DNA of 40,743 bases from a virus (Duplodnaviria > Caudoviricetes), in the IMG/VR virus record IMGVR_UViG_3300037634_004613, positions 1 to 40,743 of that record. One strand, 5' to 3'. How positions within the stretch are numbered: position 1 is the first letter of the stretch; each line of letters begins with the position of its first letter. The notes below the pieces were generated by a model that saw only the letters and a list, made by a program, of their open reading frames with translations, did not search any database and was not told the DNA's origin. A program made the translations under genes and the position numbers. Positions 1 through 6,969 of the stretch are shown here, in pieces.

Positions 1-1822
1 CATAATCCAGATCAAATGAATCTTCATCTAATGTTGTCATATTAACGGTAACCTTTACACCATCAGTTATTGAAAGTGCTTTTGCAAATCTCTTTGCAAC
101 TTCCAATGTTTCTTCTTTAGATAAGCCGTATGGTCGTCCTTTCGCTTCTCTGATTTTCTTAGATTCTTTCATGGTGTATTTCCTTTTAAAGGCTTCATTA
201 ACTGAATCCATAATGTATTTTTTACGAATCAATTTCTCAGCTTTTTCAATTTGAGCAGTATTCCAACCATATTTCTTACCAAGTTCTACTGCTACTTCAT
301 ATGGATCATCAGCTACAGTGTATGTATTCATATGAGGTTTAATAGTTGCATCAGTAGGTGGTGTTGCTTCATTAACAGATTCGTCAAGTTCAATTTCTCC
401 TTTGTGAAATTCAATTTCAGGAGAACTAAATCCTTTAAGTTTTACCATTACATAATTATCGGAAGAATCTCGTAACACAAAACCTTTCTTACCTTTAAAT
501 CTTTTAGCATCACCTTGCCGTTGAAGTTTAGTAACAATTATTTTATCTCCCTTCTTAAAAGGATTACCTTCTTTCTTTTTATTAGTTGCTTCATTAACTG
601 ATTCGCTTAAATTATTATACCATTTCATTAATTCGTCATAAGACATATCGTATGCAGGATGATCGTCAGTAGCATCAAAGGCTTTTAATTCTTTAGGCTT
701 GTCCTTCAATAAGTTTTGTAGAGCTTTATATCTATTGTCGACAGCATTTTTTGTCTTGGTTGCATTAAATAGATTGTCTTTAGGCATTTTCCATTTTACA
801 TCCCAATCTTTTTTAGTAAAGCCTTCATTAACGGATTCGGCCATTGCTTCTATATCATATTGAATTCTTTCCAATGGCGTCTCATCATTAAACACTACAT
901 TTTTCTTAACCCAATCAATTAAGCCTGGTTCATAATTAGCATTCTGTGCCATATCATATGCATTTCTCCAACCTTCATTGGATGATACATCATCAATCCA
1001 TCGGTCGTATTTCTTTTGATTCCAATTTGGCTTGTCCGCAACTACTTGCTTAGGTGCTTTCGCTTTGTAAGTATCCTTCGAAGGATCATAAACTCCTATA
1101 GGATCGCCTTTATATCCTCGCATTTGTTGTCTAAACTTCTTAAGTGCGTAATCAGCATCATCAAGAGCAGAACTATCAGAATAAGCACCATACTTCTCTC
1201 GGCCTAATTTGATTTTCATCTTTTTCTGCTTAGCCGGGTCTGTTTCAAGATGCAGATCCTGGAGCATTGCCTCTCCAGATGGTCCACCTAAAGTAAGTTC
1301 ATCGAGCGGTTCATCATCTAATGCACGGCGTTTGTCTTTCAAGGCCTTCTCTTCAGCATCTAATGCTTTTTCTCTAGCTTTTTTAACATCCTTAGTTATC
1401 TCAGATAAACTAATACCGGTAGGATCAAATCCTTCCTCGGTAGTTGGTTCTTCTTCTTCTGGCTCTTCTTCTGGTACTTCTTCATCCGGCATATCATCCC
1501 CACCTTCTTCACCTTCTTCCTCAGGAGCTTCTTCATCACCTTCCGGTGCTTCCTCAGGCTCATCTGATTTGAATTGATCTGCCATTGCTGTATTATATGT
1601 TTCTAAATCAATAATATTATCAGCAACTAATAAATGATCAATATCCTGATATGAGAATGGTTCCATTTCGCCATTCGGTTCCATACCTTGTCCTATTAGA
1701 GGATTTTCTACATCATCGGCATCAGTAATAGTTAAATACCGACTATCGACATATACTTTTAGAGGAACACCTGTAACTGCATATTGAGCAATAATAGTGT
1801 TGTCAAAGAATTTTTTGTCCAT
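1..1822 (-). CDS. Large modular protein/putative polyprotein (>607 aa, truncated by window edge): N-terminal domain, acidic linker, then small domains separated by (E/D)SVNE-[AG] linkers; candidate internal head protein
   Basis: Translated by hand from ATG at 1822 (MDKKFFDNTIIAQYAVTGVPLKVYVDSRYL...). The frame stays open to position 2 (...TLDEDSFDLDY) with no stop, so it is absent from the ORF track. ATATTTAT motif lies upstream. Confidence 0.9.
   Translation of the reverse strand, partial: MDKKFFDNTIIAQYAVTGVPLKVYVDSRYLTITDADDVENPLIGQGMEPNGEMEPFSYQDIDHLLVADNIIDLETYNTAMADQFKSDEPEEAPEGDEEAPEEEGEEGGDDMPDEEVPEEEPEEEEPTTEEGFDPTGISLSEITKDVKKAREKALDAEEKALKDKRRALDDEPLDELTLGGPSGEAMLQDLHLETDPAKQKKMKIKLGREKYGAYSDSSALDDADYALKKFRQQMRGYKGDPIGVYDPSKDTYKAKAPKQVVADKPNWNQKKYDRWIDDVSSNEGWRNAYDMAQNANYEPGLIDWVKKNVVFNDETPLERIQYDIEAMAESVNEGFTKKDWDVKWKMPKDNLFNATKTKNAVDNRYKALQNLLKDKPKELKAFDATDDHPAYDMSYDELMKWYNNLSESVNEATNKKKEGNPFKKGDKIIVTKLQRQGDAKRFKGKKGFVLRDSSDNYVMVKLKGFSSPEIEFHKGEIELDESVNEATPPTDATIKPHMNTYTVADDPYEVAVELGKKYGWNTAQIEKAEKLIRKKYIMDSVNEAFKRKYTMKESKKIREAKGRPYGLSKEETLEVAKRFAKALSITDGVKVTVNMTTLDEDSFDLDY
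194..838 (-). repeat. Four dispersed in-frame linker repeats encoding ESVNE-G, ESVNE-A, ESVNE-A, DSVNE-A
   Basis: + strand ttcattaac(g/t/a)ga(t/a)tc at 824-838, 590-604, 368-382 and 194-208, all in the frame of the 1..1822 ORF. Spacing is 78, 74 and 58 codons. Confidence 0.9.
1433..1561 (-). repeat. Low-complexity Glu/Pro/Gly-rich acidic linker (EPEEAPEGDEEAPEEEGEEGGDDMPDEEVPEEEPEEEEPTTEE)
   Basis: ttc-rich tract on + strand, translated in the frame of the 1..1822 ORF. Confidence 0.85.
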
Positions 1823-1840
1823 TAAATTATACCCTTTGTT

Positions 1841-1848
1841 ATAAATAT
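1841..1848 (-). promoter_or_regulatory. Putative phage late-promoter motif ATATTTAT
   Basis: The same octamer lies about 18-23 nt upstream of the starts at 1822, 6199 and 33010, each in a short intergenic gap. Confidence 0.55.
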
Positions 1849-1858
1849 AGGTTAAGTA

Positions 1859-2200
1859 TCATTTCCAGAAGATTTGAATGCATAATATTATAACGCATAA
1901 CATTATAGATATTGCCGTTTTCATGTTAACGCCTTCTCCCATGAAGTACCACGTGAAGATGCTCATTATAATCATTCCTGATGCAAATGAAAGCATTCTG
2001 CCTGGCCATAAGAGTCCATCGAAGTGTTCTACGGCATATCTAGTTGATAATAAAAATATGTATGCTACTATCGATCCACCGGCTACCGATAGCAATACTG
2101 GATGCTTTCTAGCCCATTCATTAAAGAATTGTGAATTAAGCTGTAACCATACCAACGCCTGGCCTACTATTAGTAAGGCCATACTAATTAATAACTTCAT
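1859..2200 (-). CDS. Small 4-TM membrane protein, DMT/EamA/SMR-like
   Basis: 113 aa with four hydrophobic segments; C-terminal FMGEGVNMKTAISIML resembles the DMT 'GE' loop; ATGA overlap with upstream gene. Confidence 0.6.
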   Translation of the reverse strand: MKLLISMALLIVGQALVWLQLNSQFFNEWARKHPVLLSVAGGSIVAYIFLLSTRYAVEHFDGLLWPGRMLSFASGMIIMSIFTWYFMGEGVNMKTAISIMLCVIILCIQIFWK

Positions 2201-2676
2201 ATAAATTTGAATTCTTTAAGAGCCGTTTCTAATACTTCGGCTGGGGTTCTATGGCCGTGGCTTCCGGTATATATCTTTGGCATTAACTCTTCTTCATTTA
2301 TAATACTAACGGTCTTATTAGGATCAATAATATTATCAGCCTCACCAAACACAAAATACATAGGAGGCTCATGCTCCCCGGGTGGTCCCACTTCTGGTTC
2401 AAACGGTCGACTATGCAATGCTGGATTAAGCATCATAGCTGGTATATTATAACGTCTACTTATTATATACGCCAGGTACCCCCCCATACTAGATCCTATT
2501 ACCAAGTCAGGTTTAAATGACTCTACGAATGTAATAACACGTTCTAACGGGTCGTTACGGTAATCAATGTATGGATTAAGTACTTCATATCCTAATGAAC
2601 GTAACCATTTCACTTTATCGCAATTAGTCTTGCTTTCTAATCCATGCAAATAAGCTATCTTCATCATCTCTCTCAT
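2197..2676 (-). CDS. YqiA/YcfP-like (UPF0227) alpha/beta hydrolase (esterase)
   Basis: YLHGLES oxyanion motif, GSSMGG nucleophile elbow, LNPAL, Asp (DNII) and His (GHR). Confidence 0.85.
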   Translation of the reverse strand: MREMMKIAYLHGLESKTNCDKVKWLRSLGYEVLNPYIDYRNDPLERVITFVESFKPDLVIGSSMGGYLAYIISRRYNIPAMMLNPALHSRPFEPEVGPPGEHEPPMYFVFGEADNIIDPNKTVSIINEEELMPKIYTGSHGHRTPAEVLETALKEFKFI

Positions 2677-2686
2677 CTTTTACAAT

Positions 2687-2718
2687 TAAAGATAAGGAAT
2701 TTAATTCAATAAACCAAA
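2687..2718 (-). promoter_or_regulatory. Bacteroidota sigma70-like promoter TTTG-N20-TATCTTTA
   Basis: Minus strand TTTG gtttattgaattaaattcct TATCTTTA; one mismatch to the -33 TTTG/-7 TAnnTTTG consensus, with canonical spacing. Confidence 0.65.
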
Positions 2719-2724
2719 TGTAAT

Positions 2725-3288
2725 TTACAGATTACCGACTAGAATTTTTGTAACAGGAGTGCCGCCAATCTTACGTGTATACCAACCATCGCCTGGCTTA
2801 GCGCCTTTTGGATGTGCCCCATGCCATTCAATATCTTTCTTCAAGACCTTGCGTACGGTAGCCTCATCATCTATGGTAGGTACTCCACCTCTCTTATGAA
2901 ATGAATCGAAAGCCGATCCTGATAGCTCTACATAATGGCCTGGTAGCTTTAATTCTTTGGTCTTTTGTATTAATAGATTTTTAATTTTCGCATGCGTGCC
3001 GTCGTGCCCGATACCAGTATGCTTTACTCCTAATGGTGTTTTCTTACCAAAATATGTAACATCAATTTCTGGATCGCCATCTATATCAGCTACCTTCCAA
3101 TAACTTAGATCTGGATCTGTGATATCATCTGGTGATTTAATTTTTAGATGGCCTCCTATAGGAGCATATGCATTCTGAATCAAATCAAAAAGAACTTGCT
3201 TGATATCCTCGAGGTCATCACGTGATGGTGCTACATACTTACCTTTCGGTAATTCTAATTCTGATAAAAGATCTTTAAGTTTAATCAT
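2725..3288 (-). CDS. MIKLKDLLSE-leader protein, hypothetical; paralog of 4595..5131
   Basis: Shared 10-aa leader; collinear similarity to 4595..5131 (DIDGDPEID/DVDEDPMPD, GHDG/ATDG, GVPTIDD/GAPVIMD, DGWYTR/DGYYER). Confidence 0.85.
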   Translation of the reverse strand: MIKLKDLLSELELPKGKYVAPSRDDLEDIKQVLFDLIQNAYAPIGGHLKIKSPDDITDPDLSYWKVADIDGDPEIDVTYFGKKTPLGVKHTGIGHDGTHAKIKNLLIQKTKELKLPGHYVELSGSAFDSFHKRGGVPTIDDEATVRKVLKKDIEWHGAHPKGAKPGDGWYTRKIGGTPVTKILVGNL

Positions 3289-3632
3289 TTTCTAAAAAAG
3301 TAATGTATGTCTTGATCTATATTGTAAATAAAAAACAGGCCGGATTGTTTAGGCGTCATTTCTATTCCTTTACTATCTTGTGCAATATAATGATATGTAT
3401 GATTGCCTTTAATATGTTTTTGTTTAACTTTATTGGCCGGAAACCATTTATGAAATTCTTGTTTTGATAGTTCTTTACTTTGTCCTTCATCTCCCTCATC
3501 AGGGTTTCCTACGTATCTAGACATATCTGATGCATTTGGAAATAGATTACAAATTTCTTTTCCACTTTCTCCACCTACATCAACACAACTGCCGATATAT
3601 CTTTCTGGTAATATGTCTTTTAATTTAATCAT
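3285..3632 (-). CDS. MIKLKDILPE-leader protein, hypothetical
   Basis: 115 aa ORF with shared leader and ATGA overlaps on both sides. Confidence 0.8.
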   Translation of the reverse strand: MIKLKDILPERYIGSCVDVGGESGKEICNLFPNASDMSRYVGNPDEGDEGQSKELSKQEFHKWFPANKVKQKHIKGNHTYHYIAQDSKGIEMTPKQSGLFFIYNIDQDIHYFFRK

Positions 3633-4159
3633 TCGGCCAATTCCGTTTCAATATCTAAATCTGGATACTTTTGTTTGAGCGTATCTACCGCGGCTATATT
3701 CTTTGGAGAATCATCTATAAAGAAAATACTATTATATCCTTTCTTGATATGTGCCTCAATCCATTTTGCTTTTTTCATTGGATCGGAAGAACCTACACCA
3801 ACCACATAAGGACTAATACCTACTTGATTCTTAAAGAAATGACGTAATGGAAATGCTAATCCTCTAGCAGTTAATACTGTTACCTTTGTTTGTGGATTAC
3901 CTAATTCTGCCTTAAGGCGCTTAACATTATCATCTATTGTTCGTGGATTCTTTAGTTTGCTATTGAAATCTCGGAAATCAAATTTATCTCCTGGCTCTTC
4001 TTCGTATACGGCATACTCGGCCGGATCTAATTTAATCTCTTCACCATTTGTTTTGGTAACATAAATATATGCTTCTGATTTGGCTAGTGTATCGTCAAAA
4101 TCAAATACAGCTAATCGCTTACCTTGGAATTCATTTAACAATTCTGCTAATCTAATCAT
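3629..4159 (-). CDS. MIRLAELLNE-leader HAD-superfamily phosphatase (PNKP/Swiss-army-knife RNA-repair HAD-like)
   Basis: HAD motif I VFDFDDTL, motif II VLTAR, motif III K (KKAKWI), motif IV FIDDSPKN. Confidence 0.8.
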   Translation of the reverse strand: MIRLAELLNEFQGKRLAVFDFDDTLAKSEAYIYVTKTNGEEIKLDPAEYAVYEEEPGDKFDFRDFNSKLKNPRTIDDNVKRLKAELGNPQTKVTVLTARGLAFPLRHFFKNQVGISPYVVGVGSSDPMKKAKWIEAHIKKGYNSIFFIDDSPKNIAAVDTLKQKYPDLDIETELAE

Positions 4160-4598
4160 TTTGTATATGCCTTTTTGCCTTTAATAAATATTCTCGACTT
4201 ATTGGTACATCTTCTTTACCTATCTCAGCATCATCCGTTGGTATATTTTCATCTACAGTATCGCCAGACATTTCCCATGGTCCCCAATGTCTTTCTCTTA
4301 ACATCATTACGCATGCCTCTGTCGAAGTATACTTAATACAATCTTCTTCATTAATATTTCCAATGGCATAATATACGATCTTTTGTATCTTTAACTTTTT
4401 ACCATTGGAATAATCTAATACATTATCACCATCTTCCACCCATGCATGGCCAAATCTCTTACCAGATAGCTCTCCTTGGCCGGCAGGCATTCCGTGGACT
4501 AATATATAATCTTCATTATCCATCGCTAATTTACCAGCAGCTACATAACAGTCGCCAAGCTCTTTAAATTCACACAATAAGGCTGTTAATCTAATCAT
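4152..4598 (-). CDS. MIRLTALLCE-leader protein with transglutaminase/papain-like Cys-His-Asp triad
   Basis: GDCYVAA...LVHG...GHAWVED...VLDYS pattern. Confidence 0.65.
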   Translation of the reverse strand: MIRLTALLCEFKELGDCYVAAGKLAMDNEDYILVHGMPAGQGELSGKRFGHAWVEDGDNVLDYSNGKKLKIQKIVYYAIGNINEEDCIKYTSTEACVMMLRERHWGPWEMSGDTVDENIPTDDAEIGKEDVPISREYLLKAKRHIQND

Positions 4599-5131
4599 TT
4601 GCCATACATCCTTTTGACAACCATGCCACCTTTCTTAAGGTCTCTTTCATAATATCCATCTTCAAGATGCTTTATGAATTTTGGTCCAACCATTTTTTCT
4701 AATCGAGGCTGGTCCATAATAACCGGAGCTCCTTTAGCGATCATAATGTCATTCATCTTTTTGGATGCTTCTAAAGTATAGCCTTCTGACTTAACCATAT
4801 CAACAACTTTTTGTACTACGGCCTTTTTAGCTTCTCTGCCTCCATCTGTTGCTAATAATTTGATACGTCCTTTTCTTACCAATATAAATGCATCTGGCAT
4901 TGGATCTTCGTCCACATCAATTAGCATTACTATTTCATAGCTGGATTGCAGTTCTGATGCCGAAAAGGCAGATAATTGAAGTCCTTCTGCATTATAAACT
5001 GTTTTATACATCCGAAACAGCTCTTCCATAATAGATGGGTCTATGGTAGTGAGATCTTGCTTAATCCATTCTTTCTTAGGATGGTTATCTAAATCATAAT
5101 CTTCACGTAATATATCTGCTAGTTTAATCAT
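4595..5131 (-). CDS. MIKLADILRE-leader protein, hypothetical; paralog of 2725..3288
   Basis: Shared leader; collinear similarity to 2725..3288. Confidence 0.85.
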   Translation of the reverse strand: MIKLADILREDYDLDNHPKKEWIKQDLTTIDPSIMEELFRMYKTVYNAEGLQLSAFSASELQSSYEIVMLIDVDEDPMPDAFILVRKGRIKLLATDGGREAKKAVVQKVVDMVKSEGYTLEASKKMNDIMIAKGAPVIMDQPRLEKMVGPKFIKHLEDGYYERDLKKGGMVVKRMYGK

Positions 5132-5591
5132 TATTTATTTGAAAATGATCCGGAAGGTGTTTTTTAAAATAACTTAAATCATCCTTATCAAAACCCAATC
5201 TTTGTTGATTACTTGTATTTAAATATACACCTTTACCTCCACTTTCCTTGCCTGTATAAGTCCAATATCCTTTAGCAACAACTGTATCTTTATATCTTAT
5301 GTTTTTATCTACTTCGAAACTTGGATATGATGCTGCTTCATTAATAAACTCTTCAATCGGCTCCGGCGGATGTTCTGCTGTTTCCTCATTATTACCTTCA
5401 AGGTCTTTTCCTTCTTCTGCCCACATCTTCGCTTCTTCCTCGGTATCATAACTACTTCGCCAGCCATACTCTGGAGATCGTGCATACCAGGTATCTGATA
5501 TTGCGCCTTTCCAATAATCGCCTGGTTTCTTTCTTGTATCTAGCAATGTACCTGGTACAAATTCTTTTATTAAATCTTTTAGTTTGATCAT
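5124..5591 (-). CDS. MIKLKDLIKE-leader two-domain protein with internal EEFINE-A linker
   Basis: Shared leader; acidic linker ending PIEEFINE-A separates two ~70-aa segments. Confidence 0.8.
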   Translation of the reverse strand: MIKLKDLIKEFVPGTLLDTRKKPGDYWKGAISDTWYARSPEYGWRSSYDTEEEAKMWAEEGKDLEGNNEETAEHPPEPIEEFINEAASYPSFEVDKNIRYKDTVVAKGYWTYTGKESGGKGVYLNTSNQQRLGFDKDDLSYFKKHLPDHFQINND

Positions 5592-6199
5592 TATATTATA
5601 TCCTGTATATCCTGGCTGTCGAGTAATGTATATGTAAATGAATTACCCCAAACGTCTTCAGCTTGTTTTGCTACCCACATTAGTTTATTAAAATCTTCGT
5701 AATTGGCTATCACCTGGCAACCTGCACTCCATTTATCTATTTGAGTTGACGTACCTGTTGATGATGCTCTATGAATATTAATCCCATAAATACCTTCCTG
5801 AATATTGTCTGGTTGCATATCATAACAATTATCTTTATTATCATCACGATATACTTGTAATGGTTTCATCTGCTTTAGAGCTTCATATTTACCTTGGTGC
5901 ATGCCAATTGAATAAGCACCTCGATATTGGTTTGGAACTAAAATAGCTACACCATCTGGGTTCAATAGATTCTCTGTATAGTATTTACCTGGATCTGTTG
6001 TGCAATTCCATTGGTGGTATTGTAAATCATTACCTACTTTGTATGATACCGTAAGTAGATCGTCAAATTTGTTAGTTACCTCATCAAATGTATCTGAATT
6101 TCTGATACCGACAATATTAAGATTGTAGTTACCATTCTCAAACCATTTATATCCTTTAGCCTTAACAGCTGCTTCTACTTGTTCTCGGGTAAATTCCAT
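5591..6199 (-). CDS. Putative peptidoglycan-active enzyme, L,D-transpeptidase (YkuD)-like His/Cys catalytic motif; candidate lysin
   Basis: NLNIVGIRN, TTDPG, GINIHRA...KWSAGCQV matches an HxnSxGC pattern; AGGAG RBS upstream. Confidence 0.6.
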   Translation of the reverse strand: MEFTREQVEAAVKAKGYKWFENGNYNLNIVGIRNSDTFDEVTNKFDDLLTVSYKVGNDLQYHQWNCTTDPGKYYTENLLNPDGVAILVPNQYRGAYSIGMHQGKYEALKQMKPLQVYRDDNKDNCYDMQPDNIQEGIYGINIHRASSTGTSTQIDKWSAGCQVIANYEDFNKLMWVAKQAEDVWGNSFTYTLLDSQDIQDII

Positions 6200-6216
6200 A
6201 CAAACTCCTATTTGAA

Positions 6217-6224
6217 ATAAATAT
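6217..6224 (-). promoter_or_regulatory. Putative late-promoter motif ATATTTAT heading the lysin-like/leader-protein operon
   Basis: Minus strand cttcATATTTATttcaaataGGAGtttgtATG. Confidence 0.55.
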
Positions 6225-6228
6225 GAAG

Positions 6229-6438
6229 CTAATCCTTTTTAAAGAAGTTTTTTAACTCATCTGGCGACGCATACCGTAAACCGGTTTGGCAAATGTTACA
6301 GTACCATTTTACTTCACTTCGATTTTGTTTGAGACTTGTATCGGCGTGGGTGCAATTTGACTGGATGTCTTTAAGCTCATTTTCAATAGTTTGTTTATCA
6401 GAAACAAGCTTCTTGACTCGATGTTTATCTGAATCCAT
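6229..6438 (-). CDS. Small coiled-coil plus Zn-ribbon-like protein
   Basis: CTH...CNIC; related GTATTTAT motif at 6446-6453 upstream. Confidence 0.65.
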   Translation of the reverse strand: MDSDKHRVKKLVSDKQTIENELKDIQSNCTHADTSLKQNRSEVKWYCNICQTGLRYASPDELKNFFKKD

Positions 6439-6462
6439 TACGCAGATAAATACCGGTCTAAC

Positions 6463-6549
6463 TCACATAAACAGTAATCCAATTGTAATTAAAGCAAGGC
6501 CTACTACTGATATCCACCAGAATATATTCAACCAATAATACCGCTTCAT
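6463..6549 (-). CDS. Small single-TM peptide (MKRYYWLNIFWWISVVGLALITIGLLFM); likely true start is 6549 rather than 6699
   Basis: Hydrophobic 28-aa ORF; the upstream part of the tracked ORF overlaps a better-coupled ORF at 6596..6724. Confidence 0.45.
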   Translation of the reverse strand: MKRYYWLNIFWWISVVGLALITIGLLFM

Positions 6550-6595
6550 GTGTAGTGTTATTAACACAACCAATGCCCCTAGATCACTAGTTACT

Positions 6596-6724
6596 TTATT
6601 GACCTGGCTTTTTATCTGAGCTATAATAGTCCGTATCACTTTTTTTTGGTTTTTTTCTTTTAATTTTTTGTTTTGCTGGCTTTTCATCAATATAATCATC
6701 TAAATCTTGTACTCGAATTTTCAT
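6596..6724 (-). CDS. Small Lys-rich protein (MKIRVQDLDDYIDEKPAKQKIKRKKPKKSDTDYYSSDKKPGQ)
   Basis: 42-aa ORF translated by hand; ATGA overlap with the stop of 6721..6969. Confidence 0.55.
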   Translation of the reverse strand: MKIRVQDLDDYIDEKPAKQKIKRKKPKKSDTDYYSSDKKPGQ

Positions 6725-6969
6725 TCTGGTATCCTTACTTTAAGCTTGTCAATACGAGTTAAAAACCCTTCGATAGTATGAGATTTATTTCCTGCGTCTT
6801 TGATTGTAACATGAGGGAGCATATCCGGTCTCTTATCAACCATATTCATTAAGGCCTTTAATCCGGACCCTGCCCAGAATACACCAAACCCATTATCCTC
6901 ACCTAAGGTGTTTGTATCTTTGAAACAATCTTCTGCCGATTCTCCTGGCAACATTATGTAAAATATCAT
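6721..6969 (-). CDS. Hypothetical protein
   Basis: 82 aa with ATGA coupling to both neighbours. Confidence 0.7.
   Translation of the reverse strand: MIFYIMLPGESAEDCFKDTNTLGEDNGFGVFWAGSGLKALMNMVDKRPDMLPHVTIKDAGNKSHTIEGFLTRIDKLKVRIPE

Noticed and set aside
1209-1577. Ser-rich 122-aa + strand ORF
   Set aside because: It is the antisense shadow of the Glu-rich linker (GAA read as TCT/TTC) in the real minus-strand 1..1822 ORF.
6463-6699. 78-aa ORF as given in the track
   Set aside because: Its 5' half overlaps a better-coupled 42-aa ORF (6596..6724); a 28-aa TM peptide from 6549 is more plausible.
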